Made by a program: the position numbers and the translations under genes. DNA of 64,000 bases from an uncultured Acidobacteriota bacterium (GTDB lineage Bacteria; Acidobacteriota; Terriglobia; UBA7540). Below the pieces are notes generated by a model. The model was not told the DNA's origin and searched no databases. It was given only the letters and a program-made list of their open reading frames with translations. The DNA lies in assembly GCA_963804995.1 (NCBI GenBank), contig CAWDSK010000001.1:288001-352000 (forward strand), in the 5' to 3' direction. Numbering within the stretch: position 1 is the first letter of the stretch; every line of letters starts with the position of its first letter. Shown here piece after piece: positions 22,013-33,111 of the stretch.

Positions 22013-23426
22013 GCGTTTCTGGTGCTTCCTCCTCGTCCCCTAAGTCCGCGAAAGGCAGGAGGTCAATTGCGAAGCAGCAACCCGCGGATTCCGGTTCGTA
22101 GCGGAGGTCACCCTTGAATGTCCTCACCAAAGCCCGCGAGAGGTACAACCCCAGTCCTGTGGCTTCCGCCCCTTGCTGAAACGGCTGAAAAAGACGGTCA
22201 GGGTTGGGAACGCCGCGGCCCGTATCGCGGACCCGCACCACCACCCATCCATCTTCCACGCACGCACTGACGGTCAACTCCATCCGCTCCTGGTCCCGCA
22301 TGGCGCGCTGGCTGTTCTTGGTGAGGTTCAGAAGCGCTTGTAAAAGATTATGGCGGTCTGCCCATACCCGGGGCAAGTCTTTGGGAACGTCCCAGTTGAC
22401 CCGCACGCCCGACTCTCGCAAGGGAAGCTCGGTGACGATGCGCAACTCGTCCAGGACGGAGCCCACGTCCACACTCGCCAGATCCTCCCTCCCCACACTC
22501 TGTCCAAGTTCCAGCGTGGCGATTCTTCCCAGCCCTTCCACCAGGTCTCCGAGAGCCCGGAAGTCCTCACCCTGTATCAGCTCGCGCTTACGAGACAGGT
22601 TTTCGTAAACCACAGAAATGGCGCCGCAGACGTTGCGGATTTCGTGCGATACGGCCCCTACGGCCAGGCGCGACGCAATCAGAAGGTGATGGAGGCTGGA
22701 TTCCTCCTGGTCGCGAAGATCCTCGGAGCCATCCACCAGCATCGCCGCCAGCCTGGGCCCGGCGCTGGTGGTGTAAGTGGAAAACCAAACGTCCGCGAGA
22801 AACACATCCCCATTCTGGCGCCGGCCACTGCATTGCATCGCGGTGCGGAAGGTGGGCGTGGATTCGTCGGCGGGAGGGACCCTGGCCAAGGGGGGGAGAA
22901 ATTCCTGGATGAATTCGCCCGGCAGGGTCCCACGCTCAAAGCCCAGCAAGCGATGCGCAGCCTGATTGGCCATCAAAATCTTGCCGGCAGAATCCACCGT
23001 CAGAATAGCGGCAGGGCTGCTTTCGATGAGAGCCTGCAATTGCTGCTCAGCGTCGCGCCGCAGCATGGCCTCCTGCTCGACTTCCTGGACGTGCTGCGCG
23101 GTCAGTCGCCGGTTTCGGGCGGATTCGTAAGCGAAGAGCCCCGCGCCGAAATAGGCGGCGAACATGAAAAGATCGCGCGGCACTCCGGCGGCGGGCTCCC
23201 AGGGAAAGGGATCGAACAATTCCGCCAGAAAAGTACAGAGGCCTCCCACCAACGCCACCTGCCAGCGCGGCAGGCAACTTCCCACAATCAGCATCGGGAA
23301 AAGATAGAGAAAGCCGAAAGAGACGTTCAGATCGACGCGCCAATCGATCAGGGCCACGATCAAGATCAAGGTCGTGGCGACCAGAAGAAGCTTGGTGCGG
23401 CTTAACCGTAGAAAGAACGAAAGCAT
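22005..23426 (-). CDS. Membrane PAS-domain sensor histidine kinase
   Basis: Four hydrophobic helices, PAS (ESSPAAILTVD), H-box SHEIRN, DTGRG, GLGL. Confidence 0.9.
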   Translation of the reverse strand: MLSFFLRLSRTKLLLVATTLILIVALIDWRVDLNVSFGFLYLFPMLIVGSCLPRWQVALVGGLCTFLAELFDPFPWEPAAGVPRDLFMFAAYFGAGLFAYESARNRRLTAQHVQEVEQEAMLRRDAEQQLQALIESSPAAILTVDSAGKILMANQAAHRLLGFERGTLPGEFIQEFLPPLARVPPADESTPTFRTAMQCSGRRQNGDVFLADVWFSTYTTSAGPRLAAMLVDGSEDLRDQEESSLHHLLIASRLAVGAVSHEIRNVCGAISVVYENLSRKRELIQGEDFRALGDLVEGLGRIATLELGQSVGREDLASVDVGSVLDELRIVTELPLRESGVRVNWDVPKDLPRVWADRHNLLQALLNLTKNSQRAMRDQERMELTVSACVEDGWVVVRVRDTGRGVPNPDRLFQPFQQGAEATGLGLYLSRALVRTFKGDLRYEPESAGCCFAIDLLPFADLGDEEEAPETHG

Positions 23427-23704
23427 TTCGCCTTCACCCGCAGGATGCCTGACTACGCTTTGGTGCGAAACCGACCCACCGCTGTTGGCAATTCTATCAA
23501 AACACAAGGCAACCGCAGCAGTGATGGCCAAAAGATAGGCTCGGGCCAGCCGAAAGATAGTGTCCAGGAGATAGGCCGGGATGCCCGGAAGATAACTGGA
23601 ACACCACCGGGCCGGGCCTTACCCTTGTAGGTTGGCTCCATAGCAACGCCGCCTCGGGCAATCACTCCGGCGGGGGCCGGTAACCATCCCGGCGCCCCCC
23701 GGTA

Positions 23705-23812
23705 ACCACCCCGTCGCTCGGCGCGCCACCCCTCCTAAATCAGGAGGGGAGTTCCGCTATAAGACTCCCCTCCTCAGATGAGGAGGGGTGGTGCGCTGAG
23801 CGTCGGGGTGGT
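23705..23812. repeat. Palindromic repeat (CCCCTCCT/AGGAGGGG family)
   Basis: ACCACCCCG...CCCCTCCTAAATCAGGAGGGG...CCCCTCCTCAGATGAGGAGGGG...CGGGGTGGT. Confidence 0.75.
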
Positions 23813-23898
23813 GCTGATATGAGGATGCTGGCCAAAGGAAGGAAGATGTTCTGCAGGTGCACGACCGGGAAACATCTGTGAACCCAGGAGACTGATCC

Positions 23899-25046
23899 AT
23901 GAAACACTACTGCTATTCCATCGCTACGCTGGCCGTGGTGGCTGCGCTCACTCTCCTGTTGTCAGCATGCAGCAGCAGCAAGGCTGATCCCAGAACCGAA
24001 GCGCCCCCGCCCGTGCAAGTAGAGCCTGAACAGGATGGCGGGGCGTTCCGCGTCGATCATCCTGAGCAGTTTCCTTTGGCCACGGCGGGCCAGCACGAGG
24101 CCGCCCCGGAGTTGAACGTAACCGGCAGCGTCAGCCCCGACGTTTCAAGGAACATCCCGGTGGTTTCGCTTGCCTCCGGGCGCGTCGTGGATATTCACGC
24201 CCGCCTGGGCGACACCGTGACCAAGGGGCAGCTCCTGATGCGCGTGCAGAGCCAGGACATTTCACAGGCGTTTTCCGATTACCGGCAGGCGCTTGCGGAC
24301 GCGACGTTGGCGGGCTCGCAACTCACTCGCGCCAAACTCCTGTACGAACACGGCGCTATCGCGCTGAACGATCTGCAAGTGGCGGAGGACGCTGATGCCA
24401 AGGCGAAGGTCACCGTTGAAACCGCGCTGGATCACCTGCATGTCCTTGGGGCAGACCCCCATAACCCTTCGACGATTGTCGACGTCCGCGCTCCAGCCTC
24501 CGGCGTGATCACCGACCAGCAAGTAACTGCTGCCGCCGGTACGCAAGGCCTGGCTTCCCCGAATGCGTTCACCATCTCCGACCTCTCCCACGTCTGGATT
24601 CTGTGCGACGTGTACGAGAACGACCTCCCCTTTGTTCGTCTCGGCGAGTATGCGGACATTCATTTGAACGCTTACCCGGACCAGGTTCTAAGGGCCGGAT
24701 CGGCAATATCGGCGCCATACTCGATCCCAATCTCCGCACGGCGAAGGTCCGCCTGGAAGTTCAGAATCCCGGCATGTTGCGACTCGGCATGTTTGCCACC
24801 GCGACCTTCTATGGCCCCAGGAAAGAAGCCCACGCCACGGTTCCGGCGACCGCGGTGCTGCACTTGCACGACCGCAACTGGGTTTACGTACCGATGGGAG
24901 GCGGCCGCTTCCGGCGCGTGGAAGTGGTGGCCGGCAAGATGCTTCCCGGCAACCCGAGCGACAAGCAGGAGATCATCTCGGGCCTTGCGCCGGGTCAGCA
25001 GGTGGTGGCGAAGGCCCTGGACCTTCAGTCCACGGTGGAGCAGTAA
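23899..25046 (+). CDS. RND efflux periplasmic adaptor subunit, lipoprotein (frameshift near 24690)
   Basis: LSAC lipobox, LGDTVTKGQLL, RAPASGVI, DLSHVWI; continues in second frame with LDPNLRTAKVR, VPATAV. Confidence 0.88.
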
Positions 25047-28000
25047 ATGATACGCCGCCTCGTCGACTACGCCCTGAACAACCGCCTGCTGGTGCTCGCC
25101 TTTGCGTTCCTGCTGTTCATCTGGGGCATCGTTTCGTTCCACCGGCTTCCCATCGAGGCCTATCCGGACGTGGCGAACAACTATGTGGAGATCATTACCC
25201 AGTGGCCGGGAATCTCCGCCGAACAGATCGAGCAGCAAGTAACGATTCCCCTGGAAACCGCGATGAACGGCATCCCGCACGTGGTGCATTTGCGGTCCTT
25301 CTCCCTGTTCGGGCTCTCCGACCTGAAGTTGCTTTTTGATGACGAATCGGAGAATTCCTGGAATCGCGAGAGCGTTCTGGAGCGGCTTTCCCAAGTCACT
25401 TTACCGCCGGGCGTGACACCCCAAATGGGCACCGACTGGAGCCCGGTCGGCCAAATCTACTTCTTCACCCTGCACAGCACCAATCCTCAGTATGACGTCA
25501 TGGACTTGAAGTCGCTCGAAGACTGGGTGGTGGAGAAAAACCTCAAGGCCGTTCCCGACATCGTGGACGTTGCCAGCTTCGGCGGCCCTACGCGCGAGTA
25601 TCAGGTTCGCATCGATCCCAATAAGCTGATTGATTACGGGCTGAGCCTTGCCCAGGTGGAGCAACAGCTTACCAACAACAATGTCAATGCCGGGCGGAAG
25701 CTTCTTCGAGGCGGGTCTGCAACAGATCAATATTCGCGAGGTGGGGCTGGTCAGGAACGTGCCCGACATCGAAAACACGGTCCTCATGACCAAGGCCGGC
25801 ACTCCGCTGCGGGTGAGGGATATCGCGGTGGTCGAGCAAGGCCCGAAGATCCGCCTCGGCCAGTTCGGCCGGGCGATTCACCGTGAGGACGGAAAGATCA
25901 TCGACAACGATGATGTCGTTTCAGCATGGGTCCCCATGCGGAAAGGCGCCGACACACAAACCGCGCTCGAGGGCCTGGAAGCAAAAGTGAAAGAGTTGAA
26001 CGATCGCATTCTGCCTCCGGGCGTGAAGATCGTTCCGTTTATCGACCGGAGCGATCTTATCCACTTCACAACCCACACCGTACTGCACAATCTGGCGGAG
26101 GGCATGGTCCTGGTCGTCATCGTGCTGTTTCTCTTCCTGGGGAATGCCCGGGGCGCGCTCATCGTTGCCCTCACCATTCCTTTTTCCCTGTTGTTCGCGT
26201 CGATCTGTCTGGACCTCAAGCATATTCCCGCCAATCTGCTGTCGCTGGGCGCGTTGGATTTCGGCATGGTGGTGGACGGCGCCGTGGTGATGATTGAAAA
26301 CATCGTTCGCCACTTGAACCGGCGCGAGGCAGGGGACATCGAGGAACGAATTCGTGCCGCCGCTCACGAGGTTCAGCGGCCGGTCTTCTACGCGATCGCC
26401 ATCATCATCACGGCTTACATTCCCATTTTCACCTTGCAGCGCGTGGAGGGCCGCCTGTTCAAACCCATGGCCTGGACCGTGGCGTTCGCGCTGCTGGGGG
26501 CGCTGCTCTTCTCCATTATGGTGGCGCCAGTGCTGGCAAGTTTCTTTTTCCGGAAAGGCGCGCGCGAATGGCGCAACCCTCTGGTGAAGCTTCCTGACCG
26601 ACCGCTACCGCATCGCCGTGCGCTGGGCCATTCGGCGGCGTGCGCTGACGGTCGGACTGGCGGGCCTGAGCCTGGTCGCCGCGATTTATCTGGCAGTCGG
26701 TGGGATGATTGGCTCGGAGTTTCTCCCTCACTTGGATGAGGGCGCGCTCTGGGTACGTGGCACTCTGGCGCCCAGCACCGGGCCGAGCGAGGGTATCCGG
26801 GTGGCGAATCAGACTCGCGTGTTGCTGGCCTCCTTCCCCGAGGTTACGGAGACTACCAGCCAGGTGGGCCGGCCGGACGACGGAACGGATACGACGGGCT
26901 TCTTTAATACGGAATACTTCGTCGGCCTAAAACCCAAAGAACAATGGCGCCCGGTATTTCACCAGAACAAAGATGAGTTGATCGCCGCCATGAATCGCCA
27001 ACTGGAAAAAATCCCCGGCGTCGTCTGGGGTTTTTCTCAGCCCATTGAAGACAATATGGAAGAGGCGGTCAGCGGCGTGAAGGGAGAGCTCGCCACCAAG
27101 GTCTTCGGCGACGATCTGAAGGTTCTGGAGGAAAAGGCCGATCAGATCGTCAGCATCATGCGCACCGTCAGGGGAATCGAGGATCTTGGGGTTTTCCGGG
27201 TTCTGGGCCAACCCAACAGAATTGACAGTGGATCGTCCCCAAGCCGCACGCTATCAAATCAATGTTGCGGATGTGCAGGATGCCATCCAGACGGCCGTTG
27301 GAGGCAATGCTCTAACCCAGGTTCTCCAAGGCGAGCAGCGCTACGACCTGGTGATGCGGTATCTCCCCCAGTACCGTAATACCCGGGAAGCACTGGAGAA
27401 TATTCGCTTGTTGTCACCCACCGGCGAACGAGTCTCGCTTAAGCAGCTCTGCAAAATTGAAGAACGCGACGGTGCTTCCGAAATCTATCGCGAAGGGAAC
27501 GAGCGCTATGTCGCCATCAAGTACAGCGTGCGCGGCCGCGATTTGGGCGGCGCCGTTGAGGAAGCGATTAAGAAGGTCAACGCGCAACTGCAACTGCCGC
27601 GGGGATATCACCTCGACTGGGAGGGTGAATACGAGAGCGAACAACGCGCCGAAGCGCGCCTTCTCTTCATCGTGCCCCTTACGGTCCTGCTGATTTTCAT
27701 CATCCTCTACACCATGTTCAAATCGTTCAAGTGGGCGCTGCTGGTCCTCGTCAATGTCATGATGGCGCGCCTCGGTGGTCTGCTGGCCCTGTTGGTTACC
27801 GGCACCAACTTCAGTGTTTCCTCGGGCATTGGATTCCTGGCGCTGTTCGGTGTGTCGGTTCAGACCGGCGTGATCATGCTGGAGTATATCAACCAACGCC
27901 GGGCAAGAGGCCACTCCATCGAGGACTCCGCGGTGGAGGGCGCGGTCCTGAGACTCCGCCCCATCATGATGACCATGTTGGTGGCGACGCTCGGATTGCT

Positions 28001-28196
28001 GCCCGCCGCCATGTCGCACGCCATCGGCTCCGACTCCCAGCGGCCCTTCGCGATCGTCATCGTGGGCGGTCTGATTTCGGACCTGGTCATGAGTATCTTT
28101 CTGCTGCCCACTCTGTATGTCTGGATAGCTGGGGACCGCGATGTGCTCCCCGCTCCCGATGGCCAGCACTTTGAACAAGCCCCGAGTGAGGGATAA
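25047..28196 (+). CDS. CusA/CzcA-family heavy-metal RND efflux permease (frameshifts near 25695, 26590, 27215)
   Basis: LPIEAYPDV, ANLLSLGALDFGMVVDGAVV, EGRLFKPMA, EFLPHLDEG, RLRPIMMT, SQRPFAIVIVGG across four abutting ORFs. Confidence 0.9.
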
Positions 28197-28207
28197 GGAA
28201 GGGTAGG

Positions 28208-28504
28208 ATGCCGAGAAGCTTCCGTGAGAAACGGAGCTGGCCTCGCGATGGGGGCACAGACCGGGCAGTCGCGGCAGCCGTTGTCCTGGCCGTCACCATC
28301 GTATTTCTGCTGATTGGGTTTACTGGCCCCTCGGTTGACTTGAGCCTCCCAGGACCCACGGGATGGCTCTACATTGGCGTCGTCATTGTCGCTGCCACCG
28401 TCGCCCTCCTCCGGCTCTTCCGCCTCGATGACAAACCAAAGAGGGGAAACCCCTCCGGATTAAGAACTGGGATCTCAAGGTCGAAACGAATCCTGCTTAG
28501 GTAA
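28208..28504 (+). CDS. Small hypothetical membrane protein
   Basis: Two hydrophobic segments; purine-rich RBS right after the RND gene. Confidence 0.5.
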   Translation: MPRSFREKRSWPRDGGTDRAVAAAVVLAVTIVFLLIGFTGPSVDLSLPGPTGWLYIGVVIVAATVALLRLFRLDDKPKRGNPSGLRTGISRSKRILLR

Positions 28505-28623
28505 GTCTCCGTGGGCGGGCGCAGACTCCCGGTCTTGGGGCTGCGCCGGCGGTGGGCAATTTTGCATTTTGACTTTTTCTTGTGCCCCTGACGCGCGGCG
28601 CTACATGCTCGCCTCTGGCTTTC

Positions 28624-30885
28624 TCAGAGCTTCCATACTACTTCCCAAGACGGTGAGCTGGGGGTTACGAGCAGCATTTCACCCTGCGGACGGGTTTGTG
28701 CGCCGATGATTTTCGCGAAGCGCCAGCCGCTTCCCAGCGTCGCGGGTAATTGCACACTCGCCGGAACTGGTCCGGTTCCACGACTGAACTTCAAACGCCA
28801 ACCCGCGTGGCCATCGAGCGGTTCGAGATTCAAATCAATCCGGCCGAAGCGTGTGGGGGACTGAACAAGGCTCATAGGTTCGCCGCCCGCCAGCTCGAAA
28901 TCACCAATTCCTGCGAGCAGGCGCAGATCCTGACCGTCTTCGAGGGCCAGCATGTGGCGCAAGTAGAGCACGCACTCCGCGCTCGCCCAGTTGTGGGGCA
29001 TGTCGCCGACGTAATCCGCCGTCAGGCTGCCGCGCACGGGCTGCTCCTCACGCCAGCAATAGAGCGGTGAGGCGTGGTTCAGAAATCCCGTAAAGGTTGA
29101 CCGCGCCCAGTCCGTAAGGCCAGCCCATAAATAGACATGGGCCACGAAACCCGCGTTGTAATTCCAAACGCCTCCGTGGGGCAGCCAACCGGTTTCCGCG
29201 GGAATGTCTTCCTGGGTGCAAGCCTGCATCAAGCGGATGTGGCCTTCGACAACCGGATCGTTCTTTTCAAACACCAGGCCCGGATAGATGGCGTGGGATA
29301 ACGCCCATTGCGCCGTCTGCGGCCGGATGCGGTCCCATTCATTCGGCATTGTCCACAGAGGGTCGCCGTCGAGCAACATGGGCATATACTCGAACCCGTC
29401 GGGATGGCGGCGCATCTCCTTGCGAGCCGCGGCAAGGAGAGCCGAGTGCAGTTCGCCATAAAATTGCTTGGCGCCCGCGGGATCAGGGAGACCCAGCCGG
29501 TCCGTTGCTTCGGTGACAGCTTTCAATCCCGCCAAGACCCAGATGGTGTTGGTGAATTCGGAATGGATGTCGTCCAGCCCGCCGTCACCCGCACCCGGCG
29601 CCAGCAGCCCATAGCGGCCGTTCGCGCTGCCGTCGGTTTTGGCTTCATCGCGCCGCGCTTCGACAAATTTAATGGCGCGCGCCAAGCTGGGCTGCATGGA
29701 GCGGAAATACCTCCAGTCCTGGCTGAGCTCCGCCTGCCGCACCATCGTGAACATGGCGATGCCGGTGTCTTTCCACATGCCATGCCCGGCGCTCGCGAAC
29801 ACGCCACCGCTCGCCTCCTGATGCTGCCAGGTCGCTTCCAGTCCCTGCTGCGCGGCTGCGTCGTAACCGAGGTACCGGGCAGCTTCCAGAATGAAATTGC
29901 CATCCACAATCCAGAGGCCGCGATAAACCGTGGGCCCCACCTGAAAGGTTAGCTTTCCGGATTTCTCTTCGCGGGCCTGCTGGATGTTCTGCGCGCAGGC
30001 CACCAGGAAATCCCCGTGCGGACCGGGAAATTTGAGCGAGACTTTTCCCTCAAAGGCTTTCCAGTTCTGCCAGTACTCGCGCGCCTCTGCCAGTAATTGG
30101 GCAGGACGGGCAAGGCCGTCCTTCAGCTTCTCCACCCCCTGACCTTCCTGGGGAAAGCGCAGGAAGCAACGGAACGGGTGGCCCGCGGAAATGGCGGCGG
30201 CTTTCATCCGGTAGGTTAATTGCACCCCGCCGAGCAGGGGGCGCGATAAAGACATATCGCTTAGCATAAACGGCGGCGCTTTCTCATTGTCCAGACGCAG
30301 GACGGAGAGTTCCTCGGTGCGCTGGAATTTCACCTCACGTTTGGTTTTCAGAATCACCTGCGGAACTGCCGCCACCTTGTGCGCGCTGCGGGCTTCAACC
30401 TCCAGAATCACATTATCGACGCGGCCTTCACCTTCGCGCCGCGTAGCGAAGGTGGTGATGTGCAAAAAAGCTTCCGGCCGGTCGAGGCGCGTGTGCACGA
30501 TGGGAACCCCGGGAGCGTCCAGGCGCTGCCCGCCCACCTGGTTGTCTTCCATCCCCTGAAGGGAGAACTCCACCACTTCCGGAAAGTAGGCCCAGCCGCT
30601 GCCGTCTTGGCCCCCGTGGCCACAACGCAGCTCGCCACGCTGGCCAATCAGGCTCTTGAAATGATCGTCGGGAAAGCAGAAAGCCGTTTGCCAGGCGAGG
30701 GGCGAGTAGCGAAAGTCGATGGCGGTCGAGGGGGTCTGATCCTCCGGGCTGGCAGCCTCGCGCCCTGTCTCCTTCGCGCCTACGCTTGATGCGCTGCCAA
30801 GGATCGGCGAGGCACCCGCCATGGCCGCCGTCCCCAATCCCACCGTTGCGTCGCGGAGAAACTTGCGCCGGGTCGATTCGCTCAC
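28624..30885 (-). CDS. Tat-exported six-hairpin glycosidase-like protein
   Basis: TRRKFLR signal; VGPTVYRGLWIVDG and GDMPHNWASAE motifs typical of (alpha/alpha)6 glycosidase-like proteins. Confidence 0.7.
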   Translation of the reverse strand: MSESTRRKFLRDATVGLGTAAMAGASPILGSASSVGAKETGREAASPEDQTPSTAIDFRYSPLAWQTAFCFPDDHFKSLIGQRGELRCGHGGQDGSGWAYFPEVVEFSLQGMEDNQVGGQRLDAPGVPIVHTRLDRPEAFLHITTFATRREGEGRVDNVILEVEARSAHKVAAVPQVILKTKREVKFQRTEELSVLRLDNEKAPPFMLSDMSLSRPLLGGVQLTYRMKAAAISAGHPFRCFLRFPQEGQGVEKLKDGLARPAQLLAEAREYWQNWKAFEGKVSLKFPGPHGDFLVACAQNIQQAREEKSGKLTFQVGPTVYRGLWIVDGNFILEAARYLGYDAAAQQGLEATWQHQEASGGVFASAGHGMWKDTGIAMFTMVRQAELSQDWRYFRSMQPSLARAIKFVEARRDEAKTDGSANGRYGLLAPGAGDGGLDDIHSEFTNTIWVLAGLKAVTEATDRLGLPDPAGAKQFYGELHSALLAAARKEMRRHPDGFEYMPMLLDGDPLWTMPNEWDRIRPQTAQWALSHAIYPGLVFEKNDPVVEGHIRLMQACTQEDIPAETGWLPHGGVWNYNAGFVAHVYLWAGLTDWARSTFTGFLNHASPLYCWREEQPVRGSLTADYVGDMPHNWASAECVLYLRHMLALEDGQDLRLLAGIGDFELAGGEPMSLVQSPTRFGRIDLNLEPLDGHAGWRLKFSRGTGPVPASVQLPATLGSGWRFAKIIGAQTRPQGEMLLVTPSSPSWEVVWKL

Positions 30886-30987
30886 GTGTCACTCTCCTCA
30901 GAGACCGGAGTTTGGAATAATCAGCTACGGTTCGGCCGATAACATACTCCCTGGCAGTGGAGAACACAATTGGCAGTATGCGCAGTG

Positions 30988-31059
30988 GGGATGGGGCTTG
31001 CCCTACCCTTGTCATTTGGCCGAAATGTGGAACGAGGGGGCGGCAAGCCGTCCCCCTAC
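30988..31059. repeat. Degenerate REP doublet (GTAG family)
   Basis: GGGATGGGGCTTGCCCTACCCT ... GGGGCGGCAAGCCGTCCCCCTAC. Confidence 0.55.
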
Positions 31060-31138
31060 TAATGATCGGGAGATGCCATCAGCGCCTGGGTGGTCTCCGC
31101 CCTTTCTTTCTCCCCTCAGTGGCGGTAGGCTGTAGCCC

Positions 31139-31897
31139 ATGGCACGCAGTGGATCTGAAAAAATCCGTTTAGACCGGCTCGTCTTCGAGCGTGGACTGAC
31201 GGATTCCCGTGAAAAGGCGCAGGGCCTGATTCTGGCCGGGCAGATCCTGGTGGACGATCAGAAAGAAGAGAAGTGCGGAACCCTGGTTGACCCGCAGGCT
31301 TCGCTGCGCCTGCTGGCCGATGCGCCCAAATATGTGAGCCGTGGTGGACTGAAGCTGGAAGGTGCGCTCGAGCACTTTCGCATTGATCCGGACGGGAGAA
31401 TATGCCTCGACATCGGGTCTTCCACCGGGGGCTTTACCGACTGTCTGCTGCAACATGGTGCAGGCAAAGTTTTCGCTGTGGATGCGGGCACAAATCAGCT
31501 TGACTGGAAACTCCGGCGCGACCCCCGGGTAGTTGTTCTCGAAAAAACCAACGCGCGCTTCCTGGCCTTCGACCGGATCAAAGCGCATGTGGAACTCGTT
31601 ACGATTGACGTGTCCTTCATATCCGCAACCCTGATTCTGCCCGCGGTCCCCGCGCTGCTCGCCGCCCCTGCGGACCTGCTGGTGCTGGTCAAGCCTCAGT
31701 TCGAAGTAGGCAAAGGGTTGGTGGGAAAAGGTGGAATCGTGCGTGACCCGGCGCTGCACCAGGAGGCAGTCGCCAAAGTTTCACGCAAAGTCCTGGAGAT
31801 CGGGTTCAGCAAGCTGTCGTCTGTCGAGAGTCCGCTGCCGGGCGCGGAGGGAAATCTCGAGTTTTTCTTGCATGCCATCTGGCAGAAAGGCCATTAG
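31139..31897 (+). CDS. tlyA: TlyA-family rRNA methyltransferase
   Basis: RLDRLV, YVSRGGLKL, LDIGSSTGGFTD, DVSFIS, LVKPQFE. Confidence 0.95.
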   Translation: MARSGSEKIRLDRLVFERGLTDSREKAQGLILAGQILVDDQKEEKCGTLVDPQASLRLLADAPKYVSRGGLKLEGALEHFRIDPDGRICLDIGSSTGGFTDCLLQHGAGKVFAVDAGTNQLDWKLRRDPRVVVLEKTNARFLAFDRIKAHVELVTIDVSFISATLILPAVPALLAAPADLLVLVKPQFEVGKGLVGKGGIVRDPALHQEAVAKVSRKVLEIGFSKLSSVESPLPGAEGNLEFFLHAIWQKGH

Positions 31898-31983
31898 AAT
31901 AGTTGCCCCCTCTGCCCGCCGGGGGCACTCCAACTTCCGATGCGCCACCAGTTAACGGGCGCTCGTAAAGGTCAAGAACCGCC

Positions 31984-32847
31984 ATGCCCATCACCCGGGT
32001 AGGAATCATTTCGAAACCCAAGAAGACGGAAATCCGCGAGATTGTGCCCCCGCTGCTCGAGTGGCTCGGCGAGCGCAACATCGAAGCCTTTATTGATAAG
32101 GAAACCGGCGCCATCATGCAGACTTCGGAGCGCTGCCTGACCCGCAACGAAATGCCGGGGCAGGTGGACCTGCTGATTGTGCTGGGAGGAGACGGCACGC
32201 TCCTGGCGACAGCACGCGCTCTGAACCGAAAGCCGGTGCCCATCCTGGCCGTGAATCTGGGAGGACTGGGGTTCCTTACGGAGGTCACACGCGAGGAACT
32301 CTTTCCCACCTTGGAAATGTTCCTCGAGTGCACGCACTGCACCGACCGTCGCGTACAGATTGAAGGTGAGCTGGTCCGCGCCGACGAAGTTATTACATCC
32401 TTCCTGGCGTTGAACGATGTGGTGCTCAATAAAGGAGCTATCGCGCGGATTCTGGATTTCGAAGTGCGCGTGGATGGACAACTCGTTTCAACTTATAAAT
32501 CCGACGGCTTGATCGTGTCTACGCCCACCGGGTCAACCGGCTATTCGCTTTCGGCCGGCGGCCCCATCCTCACGCCCAACGTCGAGGCCTTCCTTATCAC
32601 ACCGATCTGCGCTCACACACTCACCCACCGCCCCCTGGTGATTCCCGATACCGTCAAGATTGAAATCGCTGTGAAGAGTCAGCGCGAAGCTGCCTACCTG
32701 ACCGTCGACGGGCAGGTGGGCATCGCCGCGCACAGTGAAGATTTGGTCAGGCTGAGAAAGGCATCCTCATTCGTGGAGTTGGTGCAGTCACCTTCCAAGC
32801 AGTACTTTGAGATTCTGCGGCAGAAATTGAAGTGGGGGGAGCGGTAG
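31984..32847 (+). CDS. nadK: NAD+ kinase
   Basis: LGGDGT, NLGGLGFL, ALND, DGLIVSTPTGSTGYSLSAGGP. Confidence 0.95.
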   Translation: MPITRVGIISKPKKTEIREIVPPLLEWLGERNIEAFIDKETGAIMQTSERCLTRNEMPGQVDLLIVLGGDGTLLATARALNRKPVPILAVNLGGLGFLTEVTREELFPTLEMFLECTHCTDRRVQIEGELVRADEVITSFLALNDVVLNKGAIARILDFEVRVDGQLVSTYKSDGLIVSTPTGSTGYSLSAGGPILTPNVEAFLITPICAHTLTHRPLVIPDTVKIEIAVKSQREAAYLTVDGQVGIAAHSEDLVRLRKASSFVELVQSPSKQYFEILRQKLKWGER

Positions 32848-32970
32848 AGCAGTAGGCAGTAAGCAGAAGGCAGCGAGCGCTTTGTGCAAGTCCCGACAGA
32901 GTCGGGATAGGCAGTCGTAGCGCCGGACGTTAGGCCGGCACGTGCCGACTTTCAGTTGAAGCTGCGAAGG

Positions 32971-33042
32971 AACCCCTCCCCCGGCCCGCCCCGGCTGATG
33001 AAAGCGCCGGTCGCGGTCCACCCTCTCCCCTCGGAGAGGGCT
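32971..33042 (-). repeat. CCCTCTCCC-family repeat
   Basis: Inverse of the unit at 15196-15268 (CCCCGGCTGATGAAA...CCACCCTCTCCCC..GGAGAGGG). Confidence 0.8.
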
Positions 33043-33111
33043 AATACTCGTTGTGTCGTGGCAGCGCTTGGACAAGTCTTCGTGCTTAATCGTGAATCCT
33101 AAATCCTAGCT

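Noticed and set aside
21368..28196. Two-component system plus RND pump as a novel system
   Set aside because: Ordinary, well-known architecture; the missing outer-membrane factor may be encoded elsewhere.
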